In this document: positions 39,781 through 50,741 of the stretch, piece by piece
How the letters are laid out: the number at the start of each line of letters is the position of its first letter
How positions within the stretch are numbered: the first letter of the stretch is position 1
From: Saccharolobus islandicus REY15A
Lineage (GTDB): Archaea > Thermoproteota > Thermoprotei_A > Sulfolobales > Sulfolobaceae
Direction: 5' to 3' (one strand)
Assembly (NCBI RefSeq): GCF_000189555.1
Contig: NC_017276.1
Length of the DNA: 64,000 bases
Program-made: the position numbers and the translations under genes
The notes under the pieces: model-generated
Database searches by the model: none
Told to the model about the DNA's origin: nothing
What the model saw: only the letters and a program-made list of their open reading frames with translations

Positions 39781-40614
39781 TATTCCTCTTTCCTCACTTA
39801 TCTTAAAGAAGAACTCTAATCCTCTTCTTACCTCATCAACTGGAACATTGTACTCTTGTATATCAGCCCAGATCGTCTTTCTTACTATCTCTTCATCAAG
39901 GTCCGCTTTTTGCGATTCTCTCATTATTTGAACATCTCTTGGTATTATTTCATCTAAGTGTTTCTCTGCATATTTCTTACTTTTCTCGTAGGTCTCTTTA
40001 AATTTAAGTGCAAAGTCCTTTCCAACTTCTTTAGAAATTACCACCATGCCCATTGGCATTGGTGTATTATTTGAAATAGCTTTCCACATATCCCACATGC
40101 TACCTATTCTAACTACATTAATTCCCAACTTCTTTAGAGCGTACATCATCTTTATTTCATGAACTGCCACTAACACATCTCCCTCCTTTCCCAGGGCTTT
40201 TATTTCGTCCAATACTCTTCTAATTATAACTAACCTTCCATATTTTCCCATAAGTAGCTTATATAATGTAAACGCGGTAGTGTTCGGTCCATGAACTATT
40301 AGCCTGCTTCTCTTTATTTCGTTCTCACTCATTTCTTTTATTGCTAAAATTGGCATACCAGTTATACCATCCACTGCAGTTGCCACAGCATTACTTAGAA
40401 TGTAATAGTCATCCTGTATGTATGGATACATTGCAGCAGATGGAACTGAAACATCCACCTCTTTCTTTAATACCGCTTCATTGATATCTTGAACAGTAGG
40501 TATTACTTCAAACTCTAAGTTGAAGCCTTCTGGTCTAACTTTTCCCTCCATTAATGGTATAAAAGGATAAAGGTCTCCAGAATCTGCAAGTGCCCCTACT
40601 CTTATTGTTACCAT
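39748..40614 (-). CDS. MqnA/MqnD/SBP-family protein
   Basis: DSGD.Y.F..L, D.Q..N.A, TTA..L, HE....Y, P.P.G motifs of the MqnD-like periplasmic-binding fold. Confidence 0.8.
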   Translation of the reverse strand: MVTIRVGALADSGDLYPFIPLMEGKVRPEGFNLEFEVIPTVQDINEAVLKKEVDVSVPSAAMYPYIQDDYYILSNAVATAVDGITGMPILAIKEMSENEIKRSRLIVHGPNTTAFTLYKLLMGKYGRLVIIRRVLDEIKALGKEGDVLVAVHEIKMMYALKKLGINVVRIGSMWDMWKAISNNTPMPMGMVVISKEVGKDFALKFKETYEKSKKYAEKHLDEIIPRDVQIMRESQKADLDEEIVRKTIWADIQEYNVPVDEVRRGLEFFFKISEERGILPRVKSIDLL

Positions 40615-40717
40615 AAACTATAATTTAACATAACGATATATAAGTGTGATTTAAAATACGTTTATAATGTTTTCCATTAGCAACTTATAAAATCCTTGTT
40701 AATATAAACTTTAAAAG

Positions 40718-41248
40718 ATGGTAACAATTGCTTTGGGTAGTAAAAATCCTGTAAAAATCAATGCTACTAAGGAGGCACTAGATGTTTTAAAGTTAAATTG
40801 GGATTTGATAGGAATTGAAGTTGATAGTGGGGTAGATAAACAACCTTTTTGCGATCAGACGTATGTGGGTGCTAGAAATAGGGCACTGAACGTAATAAGG
40901 GTTACGAATGCAGATATAGGGTTAGGGATAGAAGGAGGAGTTTGTAACGTCTATGGTAAATTTATAGCAAATGCTGTGGTATATGTTATAACTAAAGAAG
41001 GTTTAGAGAATTTTGCAATTTCTTCATCTTTTACCTTACCTAGTTCTATGGTTTCTTTAATACTTCAAGGAAAGGAACTGGGTGAAGCATCAGATATTAT
41101 TTTTAAAACTAATAATAGTAAGACTAAAGAAGGTGCTATAGGATTATTAACTAACAATGTAATTAATAGAAAAATGCTCTATGTTCAACCTATTGTCCTC
41201 GCATTATATCCAATTTATAATATGATGATTAATAATACTCCTTTTTAA
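40718..41248 (+). CDS. yjjX: Non-canonical purine NTP phosphatase (inosine/xanthosine triphosphatase)
   Basis: GSKNPVK, SGV..QP, GA.NRA, G.GIEGG, ELG, GAIG.LT. Confidence 0.92.
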   Translation: MVTIALGSKNPVKINATKEALDVLKLNWDLIGIEVDSGVDKQPFCDQTYVGARNRALNVIRVTNADIGLGIEGGVCNVYGKFIANAVVYVITKEGLENFAISSSFTLPSSMVSLILQGKELGEASDIIFKTNNSKTKEGAIGLLTNNVINRKMLYVQPIVLALYPIYNMMINNTPF

Positions 41249-41891
41249 CTAGTTTTATAAATAACTCGCCTATCTCTTGCAGTTTGACAGTATCGTGTTC
41301 TGAAGGTCTTGGAATTGTTGCTAGGAATACTCCATAATCTTCGTGATTTCCATCTTCATTCTCACCCTTTGGTTCGCCATATAAAGAAAATATTATAAAA
41401 TCGTCAACCTTGTTTAAAATCTTTCGTACCGCACTATCTACTAATGAATAAATTTTACATTTTTCCGTAGCATCTTTATGTAGAAGCCTATCTATAGCAG
41501 TTATAGATGCTATAACGGGACTTTCTTCTATTAGCTCTAGAACTATTTGTGTTACTTTATTAATTTCCTCTTCTGCATTTACTGAAGTATCATATGGAAG
41601 ACTAAGTTTGCCATAAGTCGGATTAGTTATAGGCAAATTTATTGCTACTGCATTAGTTTCTTTAAGAAGCCTAGGTTTTTCATTATTCAAATTAACTGCT
41701 GACATATCTTTTATATCCTTGAGCTCTAATACTGACATCCATGAGGTTTGCGGAAATTGTGGCTTTTTATTTAAAACAACTCCCCTATAAGTGCTGCTAA
41801 ATAGCGTAAATAATGTCCTTGGATTACATTTCATGAAACTAGTATAGCTTAACCCATCTATTCCTAGTAATAAAGGGTTCATTCCTCTCAC
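41229..41891 (-). CDS. Alkaline-phosphatase-superfamily-like protein, degenerate
   Basis: [12 protein letters not shown] and G.H..YG.F motifs; SLYG where SDHG is usual. Confidence 0.55.
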   Translation of the reverse strand: MRGMNPLLLGIDGLSYTSFMKCNPRTLFTLFSSTYRGVVLNKKPQFPQTSWMSVLELKDIKDMSAVNLNNEKPRLLKETNAVAINLPITNPTYGKLSLPYDTSVNAEEEINKVTQIVLELIEESPVIASITAIDRLLHKDATEKCKIYSLVDSAVRKILNKVDDFIIFSLYGEPKGENEDGNHEDYGVFLATIPRPSEHDTVKLQEIGELFIKLVKKEYY

Positions 41892-41894
41892 TTG

Positions 41895-42302
41895 TCACTC
41901 TAATAATGCCTTTATTCTTACCTCTATTTCCTCTCTGGGTACTGCTCCTAGTATTTGGTCTACGGGTTCTCCATTCTTAAAGAACATTACAGTTGGAAGG
42001 CTCATTATTCCATATCTCATTACAATATCTTGGTTCTCTTCAGTGTTTAATTTTCCAAAAGCTACTTGAGGATAATCATTGGCGAGTTCTTCTATTATTG
42101 GAGCCAATATAAAGCATGGTGCACACCATTCTGCCCAAAAGTCAACAACTGCTATTTTGTTTTTAGTTATAAATTCTTCAAAGTTTTTGGAATTGAGATG
42201 TTTTACTGGCTCTTCAACCTTCTCCTTCAAGCTGTTGAGTATTTGATTTGCTTTTTTAGAGAGGATTTTTTGTAATTCTGGGTCATTTAGTTCGTCATTC
42301 AT
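41895..42302 (-). CDS. trxA: Thioredoxin
   Basis: DFWAEWCAPC, LPT..FFKNG. Confidence 0.95.
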   Translation of the reverse strand: MNDELNDPELQKILSKKANQILNSLKEKVEEPVKHLNSKNFEEFITKNKIAVVDFWAEWCAPCFILAPIIEELANDYPQVAFGKLNTEENQDIVMRYGIMSLPTVMFFKNGEPVDQILGAVPREEIEVRIKALLE

Positions 42303-42358
42303 AAGAGATTATATATAGTATTCATTTAAAAAGTTTTTATCATATAAAGAGATTAGAC

Positions 42359-43273
42359 ATGCCAAAACTTATAATTGTAGGTAGTGGGATAACGGGGTTA
42401 ATTACTGCACTGAAATATAGTGGAGATGTGATAATTTTAGAAAGGAATAAAATTGTTGCAAATAATTCAAAAGCTAGTTTGTGGTCAATCATTCCACCTT
42501 TATGCAGCAACCATAGAGAAGATTGTGAAAAAGGTATGAGATTCTATGAAGAGATTTGCGAAAAATATGGTATCTATTGTAAAAAGACTCACATTCTTAG
42601 AGTTTCCAGTAAAAAAATAGGTGGTAAGATTGTTGATAGAAAGGAAATAAGAGGTTTTGAACCTCAACTGAATATTGAAGAAGCAGAATTTTTTGAAAAT
42701 GGTCTATTCGTAGAAGGTGACGAGCTCTTCAGCATTCTTGGAACAGAATTTAACATTAAATCGAACTCAGAGGTTACGGATATATTAGTTCAAGATAATG
42801 AAATAAAATCTCTCTTAACATCAAAGGGTGAGGTAAAGGGAGAGTTCTATATTTTTGCTACTGGCTACCTAACTCCTAAATTATTCTCGAAATTAGGAAT
42901 AGAGGTAAATCTGTTTAAAGGACATTTAATTATTACTAAAAAAACTAGTTTAAATGGGATATTAATTGTGAATGATAGAATTGCAGTGGAGGGAAAGAAC
43001 TTATACCTTAATGGCGACTCAAAGCAAAATTCCTCCATGACAATAGATTATGATGAGATATCTAAGACCATTAATGAAATAGGTAGGGTGCTAAAGATAG
43101 ACACTACAAGTTTAGAGATCAGAGTAGGATTTAGAAGCGTAAGTAAAGATAGGGAACCAATTGTAAAGAAGATCTACTCAAATGCAATACTAATAACTGG
43201 TTATAGGTTCGGCTTTGCATTAGCTCCGGTACTTGCTGAGAAAGCCATACAGATGATCAAATATGGACATTAA
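42359..43273 (+). CDS. FAD-dependent oxidoreductase (DAO family)
   Basis: GSGITG, ATG, KGH, VGFR, G.RFGF.LAP. Confidence 0.85.
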   Translation: MPKLIIVGSGITGLITALKYSGDVIILERNKIVANNSKASLWSIIPPLCSNHREDCEKGMRFYEEICEKYGIYCKKTHILRVSSKKIGGKIVDRKEIRGFEPQLNIEEAEFFENGLFVEGDELFSILGTEFNIKSNSEVTDILVQDNEIKSLLTSKGEVKGEFYIFATGYLTPKLFSKLGIEVNLFKGHLIITKKTSLNGILIVNDRIAVEGKNLYLNGDSKQNSSMTIDYDEISKTINEIGRVLKIDTTSLEIRVGFRSVSKDREPIVKKIYSNAILITGYRFGFALAPVLAEKAIQMIKYGH

Positions 43274-43976
43274 GCTAGTTTACTCTACTTCAGATCCAGT
43301 GGGTTTGACGATAAAAAAACTTGGATATAGTTTCGAAGAGATTGATGAAGATGTAACAGATTTTCACTACAAGAATGGTGAGGCTATAGTAATTTTTTCT
43401 AGGCATGAAAGTAAGGCAAGCATTCCCTCACTAACAGTACATTATCCTGGTAATCCATCTGAAGAAGTTATGGGTGGAGAGCCTAAAAAACTCGGAATAG
43501 CTTATCCTAGGTTACTTACTTCGATTTTAAGAGAAATTAAAAAAATAGATCTAGATATAGAGAAAACTATGGAGGCTACTCATCATGGCCCTACATATCA
43601 AAACGTTCCAGTAATATTCGTAGAGATTGGTAGTGACAAGACGTATTGGACTAACGAGAGAATAGTCAGAACTTTAGTTGATTCAACTCTAAAAGGTATT
43701 GATAAGGTTGACGAGACAGATTGTAGAGATTACATTTCAGGTTTCGGTGGACCCCACTATTCTAAGCTTTTTACTAAGTTAGCTGACGAGAGTTGTATAG
43801 GTCATGTGATTTCTAAGCATTATGTTGATAAGTTGGATGACAAGGTTATAATTCAAGCTATAGCCAATTCTGTGAATAATATTAATAAAGTCGTTATCGA
43901 TAGCTTAAACTTAAAGCAGAGAGAACGAATTATAGCGGCTCTAAAAAGCTTTGATATTCATATTCAGCTTAGATAG
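43263..43976 (+). CDS. dtdA: D-aminoacyl-tRNA deacylase (DTD2)
   Basis: S..D..G, FSRH.S..P.LTVH.PGN, EATHHGPT, FVEIGS, GG.HY. Confidence 0.95.
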   Translation: MDIKLVYSTSDPVGLTIKKLGYSFEEIDEDVTDFHYKNGEAIVIFSRHESKASIPSLTVHYPGNPSEEVMGGEPKKLGIAYPRLLTSILREIKKIDLDIEKTMEATHHGPTYQNVPVIFVEIGSDKTYWTNERIVRTLVDSTLKGIDKVDETDCRDYISGFGGPHYSKLFTKLADESCIGHVISKHYVDKLDDKVIIQAIANSVNNINKVVIDSLNLKQRERIIAALKSFDIHIQLR

Positions 43977-44576
43977 TATTTGTGGAGTTAGTAGTGGTGA
44001 ACCTATACTAAGGACTTTGCAACTATCTATGTTATTTTCACATCTCAAGATAGTCAAGCTAGCATTAGGTATTCTCACTCCCCATCCACTAATATCGTCC
44101 ATATCAAGTATGTACGTAACTATAGCTCTTATAGGATCGGAGTGCGATACAGCAGCTATTACATTATTATCTTTATTTATAACGGATTCGAGGAAGCTTT
44201 TCATTCTCTTTGTCATATCTTCCCAACTTTCCAGACCTTTAATCTCCATTTGTTTTTTAAAGACCTTCAACTTCCAGTGGTCATTTGGATCAAAAGTGGT
44301 GTTATTCAATTCTCCTAAGGATCTTTCTCTTAATCTTTGATCTACTATTGGAAAAATTCCTAAGGCTTCACCAATGATAAGCGCAGTCTGATATGCTCTT
44401 AGAACTGGACTAGTGTATATTTTTTCAACTTTTAATTTCATAAGTTCCTTCCCAGCATCCTTTGCTTGTGTAACACCCTCTTCCGTGAGAGGATAGGTGT
44501 TAATATCATGGCTAAGTATTTTACTAACGTTAGAGGTACTTTGCCCATGCCTAATGAAAATAATTATTGTCATCAC
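43941..44576 (-). CDS. Histidine phosphatase / cofactor-dependent phosphoglycerate mutase family
   Basis: RHGQS..N, SP..RA.QTA, L.ER..G, SH.D. Confidence 0.92.
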   Translation of the reverse strand: MMTIIIFIRHGQSTSNVSKILSHDINTYPLTEEGVTQAKDAGKELMKLKVEKIYTSPVLRAYQTALIIGEALGIFPIVDQRLRERSLGELNNTTFDPNDHWKLKVFKKQMEIKGLESWEDMTKRMKSFLESVINKDNNVIAAVSHSDPIRAIVTYILDMDDISGWGVRIPNASLTILRCENNIDSCKVLSIGSPLLTPQILSKLNMNIKAF

Positions 44577-44641
44577 TTAGTTGTTATATTTCCCCACTTT
44601 ATTAGTTTAAACTTAAATATCATCATAAGAATAGGAGTATT

Positions 44642-45619
44642 GTGGTCTCATTATTTAAAAGGAACAAACATTCTACAAATTCTACTACTGATCTGAGAAT
44701 TCTCTTTAGCTCAGATCTTCACGCATCGTATACAGTCTTCAAGAAGTTTATAAATGCAGGGAAAATTTACAAGGTCAATGCGTTGATAATAGGTGGGGAT
44801 ATAGCTGGCAAAACATTAATACCTATTATTGATCTTGGAAATAATAATTACAATATTCAAGATAAGATTGTAACATCAAGTGAATTGAATAGCTTCATCG
44901 AGAGGTTTAAGAGCGAAGGGATCTATTATGCTATATTAAGCAAAAATGAGTATGAAGAAGCGTCTCAAAATAAAAAAGCCCAAGACGAATTATTTAAGAA
45001 GGCAATAATTGCGACCATTCGTGAATGGATGAAAATTGCTGAGGAGAGATTGAAAGATTATAAAATACCTATCTTTATAAACCTTGGGAACGATGACCCA
45101 GAATATCTCTTTGAAGTATTGAAGGAGAGCGAGATATTTAAAGTTGGTGAGGGTGAGGTGTTTGATTTTAATGGATATGAAATCGTATCATACGGCTACG
45201 TTAATCCAACACCTTGGAATACGTTTAGGGAGAAGAAGGAAGAGGAGATCTATAATGACCTAAGTAAGATAGTGTCAAAAATAACTAATTATTCAAAGGC
45301 TATTTACAACTTTCATGCTCCTCCTTACAATACCAATTTAGATAATGCTCCTCTTTTAGATGAGAATCTAAAGCCCATAGTTAGAGGAGGTGAGATTGTA
45401 TATACGCACGTGGGTTCTAAATCAATAAGGAGAATTATTGAGGAGACTAATCCACTATTAGGATTACACGGACATATTCACGAATCAAGAGGCTTTGATA
45501 AAGTCAATAACACAATAGTCATAAATCCAGGCAGTGAATATAATAGTGGTCTTCTTCACGCAGCTCTAGTAATACTAGAAGGAGAATCAATTAAGGCTCA
45601 TCAATTTATCTTAGGTTAA
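44642..45619 (+). CDS. Calcineurin-like metallophosphoesterase
   Basis: SDLH, GGDI, GNDD, FHAPP, GHIHE, NPGS. Confidence 0.9.
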   Translation: MVSLFKRNKHSTNSTTDLRILFSSDLHASYTVFKKFINAGKIYKVNALIIGGDIAGKTLIPIIDLGNNNYNIQDKIVTSSELNSFIERFKSEGIYYAILSKNEYEEASQNKKAQDELFKKAIIATIREWMKIAEERLKDYKIPIFINLGNDDPEYLFEVLKESEIFKVGEGEVFDFNGYEIVSYGYVNPTPWNTFREKKEEEIYNDLSKIVSKITNYSKAIYNFHAPPYNTNLDNAPLLDENLKPIVRGGEIVYTHVGSKSIRRIIEETNPLLGLHGHIHESRGFDKVNNTIVINPGSEYNSGLLHAALVILEGESIKAHQFILG

Positions 45620-45830
45620 TTAGCTAGCTTGTAACAATCAAAATTATCTAATGGTAAGCCAAAAGGAAAGAATTAGAAAGCTAAGGAAGTGAATGATCTC
45701 TATCAAAACTTTTCAACTAATAACGCATAAGTTGTTGTATCTAACTCTTTTAGAAATTGGGAGAAATTATGTGGATTTGTATCTAAGTGATGACCAATAC
45801 TTTTTTTAAGGTTCGCACTTTCTTCTATTT

Positions 45831-46157
45831 ATGATTATATTTTATGCAATTGGTGAAAGGGATAGAGCAAAAGAATTGGTTAGAATTATAACAAAAACAA
45901 GGTGGAAGACTATATCAAAGCACGCCATAAAGATAGCAAGTTCCTCGATTGGTCCTTCTGTAGTTATATTTAAGCCAACTATGGCAGGTTTAGCTGTGGC
46001 ATTATGGCTAAAACAACGTGCAGAAGAATTGGGTATGACATCTGCAGTTGGATGGTTCCAGCCTATAAATCAAATACCTCCACAAGTTGAAGATGCGATA
46101 AGAACTGATTTAAACAAGATATTGGTGAAAAAATTAGAAGTTCCATGGTCGCCGTAA
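45831..46157 (+). CDS. Conserved hypothetical protein
   Basis: 108-aa ORF, ATG start, protein-like composition; converges on the SMC-like gene. Confidence 0.7.
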   Translation: MIIFYAIGERDRAKELVRIITKTRWKTISKHAIKIASSSIGPSVVIFKPTMAGLAVALWLKQRAEELGMTSAVGWFQPINQIPPQVEDAIRTDLNKILVKKLEVPWSP

Positions 46158-46158
46158 T

Positions 46159-47922
46159 TTAACTAGAAATCTCTATTTGCTTAGGTGGTAGTGTCTTTAT
46201 TTCTGTGTTTTCACTACTTCTAGTCACAATTACGTAGTCTGCAATTTCAGTTAGATATTCTAATAGTCTATTGAATCTTTTCTGATCAAATGTCATTGCG
46301 GACTCGTCGATTATGAAGTAAGGAGTTTTGAAATAAGCTCTTAACGCGCTTAATACCAATATTAAAGCTAGCGTAGTTCTCTCCGACGATGATAACTTCT
46401 TTATATCAATTATAGCACCTTTTCTCCTTACAATTAATCTGTAATTACCGTCAATTTCAGCTTCCATATCAAATTCGAATTTCCTTAATAATTGGTTAGA
46501 TATTCTGTTAAATTCTTCCCTTGCCTTAGTTAATCTTCTTATATATTCTACTTGTAATTCATCTACCTTCTTCTGTAATTGTTCTATATGTTCCTCCTTT
46601 TCTTTTAACTCCTCTAAGATAGAGGATGGCACTCCTAATAGCTGAAGTTCGTACTCATATTCTTCTCTTTTCTTTCTTAGCTCTTCTATTCTCTTTAAAA
46701 TGCTTGTACTATCATCACTAGTTGCTATTGCCCCTGATAATGATTCGGATTTATTGAATCTCTCTTCAGTCTCTCTCTTCTGTCTCTCCAAATCATCTAT
46801 CTGGAACTTAACTGAACCTATCCTGTTGATCAATTCTTCCTTTTTAGCTTTTAGTTTTGCGATTTCATTCTCTAGCGTCTGAAACTCCTTTAATCTAAGG
46901 TCAATTTCTTCTTTTCTTTTCTGTAATCCTATTATATCGTTACGCAAGCTATCTAGAAGTGAGGTCTTATCTCTTAATTCTCTTGATATTATTTCAGCTC
47001 TTTCTTTCCATATACTAGGATCTACTTTGCTCCCACAGACGTTACACGTATCTAAATGATGTTTATCACTTTCGTCCACTTCTTCTAATACGCGTTCAAG
47101 CACCTTAAGTTCTATTTCTAACTCAGATCTATCAGAGGTTTTCAGTTTAAGTTTCTCATTTATTTCTTCTAACTCTTTCTGAAGTTGAGTCTTTATATCG
47201 GGAGAGACTTTACTCTCCTTGTTTTGGATCTCTTCCTCAATCTTCTTTAAGGCAAATTCTAAGTTTGCTAATTCATCTTTCTTAACTTTTATTTTGTTTA
47301 CTATTTCATTTATTTTATTCTGTCTTGTTAGTGTTATTGTGTATGTGGTTTTAGCTACTATATTACTACTGCTTTCTCTTTCTTTCTCCAGTTTGTCTAT
47401 CTCTTCGTCTATCGCCCTTATTTTAGCTTGTATCTCTCTAATATTATTATACTTCTTCTGTAAATCATCTCTAGCATTTATCTCAGCGGTTAAGAGTTTC
47501 TGTAATTCTTCCTTTTTTGCCTTTATTTCATTTATTTTTGATGTAGCAGATATAAACCACTCTACATTACCGTCTCCAGATAATATTTGGGTTACTAACT
47601 TGTTCTCTGGAGAGAAATACGTCAGTAGCAATGCTCTATCGTCATCCATAATTAGATTTTTGTCTTCACTTAATCCATTCTTTATCCTTTTTATCCTTCT
47701 ATAGTATAGTTTGTTATCCGATTCTACTTCTATATAACCACTATCTGCAAATACATTAAGTAGATCTTCTGCCTTAATACTGGATGTCAGTAAAGATATC
47801 AATGCCCTTACTAGTGATGTTTTACCGTAAGCATTTGGCGCCTCATATGATGTTACTCCTTTCTCTAAATCAAGACTATAATCTTGCGTTATGCCACCTA
47901 TATTAAATACTCTAACCTTCAT
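46159..47922 (-). CDS. clsN: Archaea-specific SMC-related protein, coalescin (ClsN)-like
   Basis: Walker A PNAYGKTS, long coiled coils with central CNVC zinc hook, signature LSSSER, Walker B IIDES; shorter than Rad50. Confidence 0.75.
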   Translation of the reverse strand: MKVRVFNIGGITQDYSLDLEKGVTSYEAPNAYGKTSLVRALISLLTSSIKAEDLLNVFADSGYIEVESDNKLYYRRIKRIKNGLSEDKNLIMDDDRALLLTYFSPENKLVTQILSGDGNVEWFISATSKINEIKAKKEELQKLLTAEINARDDLQKKYNNIREIQAKIRAIDEEIDKLEKERESSSNIVAKTTYTITLTRQNKINEIVNKIKVKKDELANLEFALKKIEEEIQNKESKVSPDIKTQLQKELEEINEKLKLKTSDRSELEIELKVLERVLEEVDESDKHHLDTCNVCGSKVDPSIWKERAEIISRELRDKTSLLDSLRNDIIGLQKRKEEIDLRLKEFQTLENEIAKLKAKKEELINRIGSVKFQIDDLERQKRETEERFNKSESLSGAIATSDDSTSILKRIEELRKKREEYEYELQLLGVPSSILEELKEKEEHIEQLQKKVDELQVEYIRRLTKAREEFNRISNQLLRKFEFDMEAEIDGNYRLIVRRKGAIIDIKKLSSSERTTLALILVLSALRAYFKTPYFIIDESAMTFDQKRFNRLLEYLTEIADYVIVTRSSENTEIKTLPPKQIEISS

Positions 47923-48129
47923 CTAGTGGTATTAAAGATAAACTAGTATAAAAATTCTCTCCTACTGTCTAGTTCTAGTACAATAGAAATGATAAAAGTC
48001 ATAAATACTCTTTCTCAATAACTTTAACCTTGTATAAATTCAATCAATTTCAAATTTTTATAATTTATTAAAACAGAGAAGACTTTAGATACTTGCAGTT
48101 TATTATATTTGTCAAGGTGATAGGGTTTA

Positions 48130-49053
48130 ATGAGGAAGGTCGTATTAGATTCAGATACAGCTAGCGATGATACTATAGCCATATTGCTTGCGTCTAGATA
48201 TTTCCAATTATTAGGTGTAACAATAGTTGCTGGAAATGTAAATTATAATCAAGAGGTTAAGAATGCACTTTTCACTTTAGAGTACATTGGTAAGCAAGAC
48301 GTACCAGTTTATTTAGGATCACAAAGACCTATTTTGGGAAATTGGAGAACAGTTGAGGAAGTCCATGGAAGTAACGGAATGAGTGATTGGGACTATCCCG
48401 AACCTACTAAAAGGCCAGAGAAAGAGCATGCAATAGATGCTATACTCAGATTGTCGAAAGAATACGACGGGGAATTGGAAATACTTGCAGTTTCCCCTTT
48501 AACAAATATTGCTTTGGCTTATCTTAAAGATCCGTCAGTTGTCAAGCGAATAAGAAAGATTTGGATAATGGGTGGTGCTTTTTCAAAGGGTAATACTACC
48601 CCTATAGGGGAGTTCAATTTCTGGGTAGATCCCGAGGCTGCTAAAATAGTTTTAGATGCAGGATTTGATATTACCGTCGTTCCTTGGGAAGTCGCTGAAA
48701 CAAGTGGTTCTTTAAACGAGAGAGATTGGGAATTTATCTCCAAACTCAATACTAAGCTCTCAAAATTCTTTATTAATGTCAATAAGACATTAAAGGAATA
48801 TACTACTAAGAATCAAGGTATATCTGGTAGTACTCATCCAGATTCCTTAACAGTTTCTATAGCCTATGATAGATCTATTATCTCAGAGTCTTCTCTAAAG
48901 TATATTGATTTAGAATTATGTTCAAAGTCAAGAGGAGCAATGTTAATAGACTGGTACAGTTTACATAAAAATAAGCCTAATGCTGAAATTGTATTAAAGG
49001 CAGATAGTAACAAGTTCAAAAATCTTCTATTCAGAACCCTTTCCGAGTTTTGA
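48130..49053 (+). CDS. Inosine-uridine-preferring nucleoside hydrolase
   Basis: [36 protein letters not shown]. Confidence 0.95.
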   Translation: MRKVVLDSDTASDDTIAILLASRYFQLLGVTIVAGNVNYNQEVKNALFTLEYIGKQDVPVYLGSQRPILGNWRTVEEVHGSNGMSDWDYPEPTKRPEKEHAIDAILRLSKEYDGELEILAVSPLTNIALAYLKDPSVVKRIRKIWIMGGAFSKGNTTPIGEFNFWVDPEAAKIVLDAGFDITVVPWEVAETSGSLNERDWEFISKLNTKLSKFFINVNKTLKEYTTKNQGISGSTHPDSLTVSIAYDRSIISESSLKYIDLELCSKSRGAMLIDWYSLHKNKPNAEIVLKADSNKFKNLLFRTLSEF

Positions 49054-49437
49054 ACAATCAGCGTATACTATAATGTTTACATTTTTTACGTCTAAGCCAT
49101 TTTTAACTAGCTTATCCATGAAGTTATCCATTTCAACATCTAAGTCAATAATTCTATTAGAGTCCGTGCAAAAAACATTAACGTGAGGCTTTCTATTAAT
49201 TTCAAACCAAGTTATACCGTTTGCTTCAAAGGAATTTAGTATTCCAGATTCCTTTAATGTTTCTAGTGTATTATATACTGTGGATAGACTAATACTAGGT
49301 TCTGTTTTTTTAAGTTCTTCGTAAATTTGTTCCCCACTGTAATGACCCCCTCTCATTATTAGCTTTAGAATAGCTATTCTTTGTGGCGTTACTTTAAGGT
49401 TTCTTTGCCTCAACAGGTTTGCAAGATCAACTTCCAT
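49027..49437 (-). CDS. fur: Fur/PerR-family transcriptional regulator
   Basis: [24 protein letters not shown]. Confidence 0.9.
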   Translation of the reverse strand: MEVDLANLLRQRNLKVTPQRIAILKLIMRGGHYSGEQIYEELKKTEPSISLSTVYNTLETLKESGILNSFEANGITWFEINRKPHVNVFCTDSNRIIDLDVEMDNFMDKLVKNGLDVKNVNIIVYADCSKLGKGSE

Positions 49438-49540
49438 ACTGTACTCATTTCTATTTTGGAGTAATTTAAAATTTCTCCTATATGCAACCCTCTTACATTT
49501 TAAATTTAGGTTTATAAAGTTAAGTGAGTATTATATAATA

Positions 49541-50026
49541 ATGCAGAACTTTAGGGAAATATCAATTGATATAGTTCTTTCGCATAGGATACGGAACTAT
49601 GACCAAATAATTCTTGAGGGCAGTAGAAAACGTGATTCGTGCGCGTTTTTCATTTATGGCTATTGTAAAAAAATTTCGTCAAAAAGTAAAGTTCTTGCTA
49701 GCTGGATATCTAATGGAAAGATTGTTCCTCATCCCTTATTCTGCTATTTATGTCCATTTTACTCGTTAAGAGACGATGATAAAACCGTAACTATTGATCT
49801 TTTCGATATTTACTTAACATATAAAAATTTAAAGACACAAATTGAAAGGGAATTAGAATTTATAGAGAGCAGACTTTCAGAGTTTTCGTTTTCCACTTCC
49901 ATAGCTCTGAGGAGGAGGAGGGAGGACTTAATAGCTTTCCTTGATGATATCTCAACTAAAATTAAAATACTCATGGAAATAATAAGGGTAAGTGAGAGAG
50001 AGCATGAGGACGGAAGATATATTTAA
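49541..50026 (+). CDS. Hypothetical Cys-containing protein with C-terminal coiled coil
   Basis: C-x7-C ... C-x2-C cluster followed by heptads; divergent from fur. Confidence 0.7.
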   Translation: MQNFREISIDIVLSHRIRNYDQIILEGSRKRDSCAFFIYGYCKKISSKSKVLASWISNGKIVPHPLFCYLCPFYSLRDDDKTVTIDLFDIYLTYKNLKTQIERELEFIESRLSEFSFSTSIALRRRREDLIAFLDDISTKIKILMEIIRVSEREHEDGRYI

Positions 50027-50741
50027 TGATCCAAAAAGTTATAAGAAATGGTACGAACTTCATAATAAGTTATACGAGAATGAGAGAAAGGTAGTTAGAA
50101 GTTTTAACCTTAAAGATTGTTTAGATTTAGGATCAGGACCAGGTATTTTTCATGAGGAAATTAGGGGAAAGATTGTATCTCTGGATATATCGTTACTTAT
50201 GCTAAAAGAAAGTAAAAGTGACGAGAAAGTTCTAGCTGACGCTTTACATTTACCCTTCAGAGATGACTCATTTAAATGTATATTTAGTTCTGTTACCGTT
50301 TGTTTTATAGAAGATGTAAAGGGGTTTATAAAGGAAATAGCTAGGGTAGCTAAAGAAAGGGCAGTTATTTGTTTTATTGCTAGGGACTCTCCATGGGGCG
50401 AATATTATGAGAAGCTAGGTAAAAGCGGCCATAAGTATTATTCATATGCTCACTTTATATCAAGGAGAGAGCTTTACGTAGTTATAAACGATTTCATGAA
50501 AATCTCAAGAATTAGATCTACGCTAAAAGATATGAGCGAAACGGAAACTGATGAAACTTATAATGATGATAGAGGGTCATTCATCTGTGTTGAAGCTATC
50601 CCTAAGAAATCGGAGCCCCTTTCATTGAGTCTTAATAGACACTCGGGGGCTGATCCTGCTGACCCTATCTCTAAACTTCAAAACCTTAGTTTATATTTTT
50701 TTCTAATGACTATCCTTTCTTCCAAAATGCTCCTTATTTAG
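50004..50741 (+). CDS. Class I SAM-dependent methyltransferase
   Basis: LDLGSGPG, LD.S..ML, AD..LPF.D.SF, E..RV; likely start 50004 (track 49992); last about 40 aa look like non-homologous tail. Confidence 0.88.
   Translation: MRTEDIFNDPKSYKKWYELHNKLYENERKVVRSFNLKDCLDLGSGPGIFHEEIRGKIVSLDISLLMLKESKSDEKVLADALHLPFRDDSFKCIFSSVTVCFIEDVKGFIKEIARVAKERAVICFIARDSPWGEYYEKLGKSGHKYYSYAHFISRRELYVVINDFMKISRIRSTLKDMSETETDETYNDDRGSFICVEAIPKKSEPLSLSLNRHSGADPADPISKLQNLSLYFFLMTILSSKMLLI
50588..50680 (-). ncRNA. K-turn hairpin sRNA candidate (H/ACA-like), antisense to the methyltransferase 3' end
   Basis: AGCCCCCGA-GUGUCU-AUUA-AGACUC-AAU-GAAAGGGGCU K-turn hairpin, GGAUC/GAUUU extension, UGAAGUU/AGCUUCA stem followed by ACA; TATA-like AATATAAA at 50697-50690. 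Confidence 0.5.

Noticed and set aside
45787-45830. GTGATGA box-C-like motif
   Set aside because: No downstream D'/C'/D boxes at suitable spacing
50620-50741. C-terminal extension of the methyltransferase as a functional domain
   Set aside because: No homology-like pattern; better explained as read-through across the antisense RNA hairpin and AT-rich promoter
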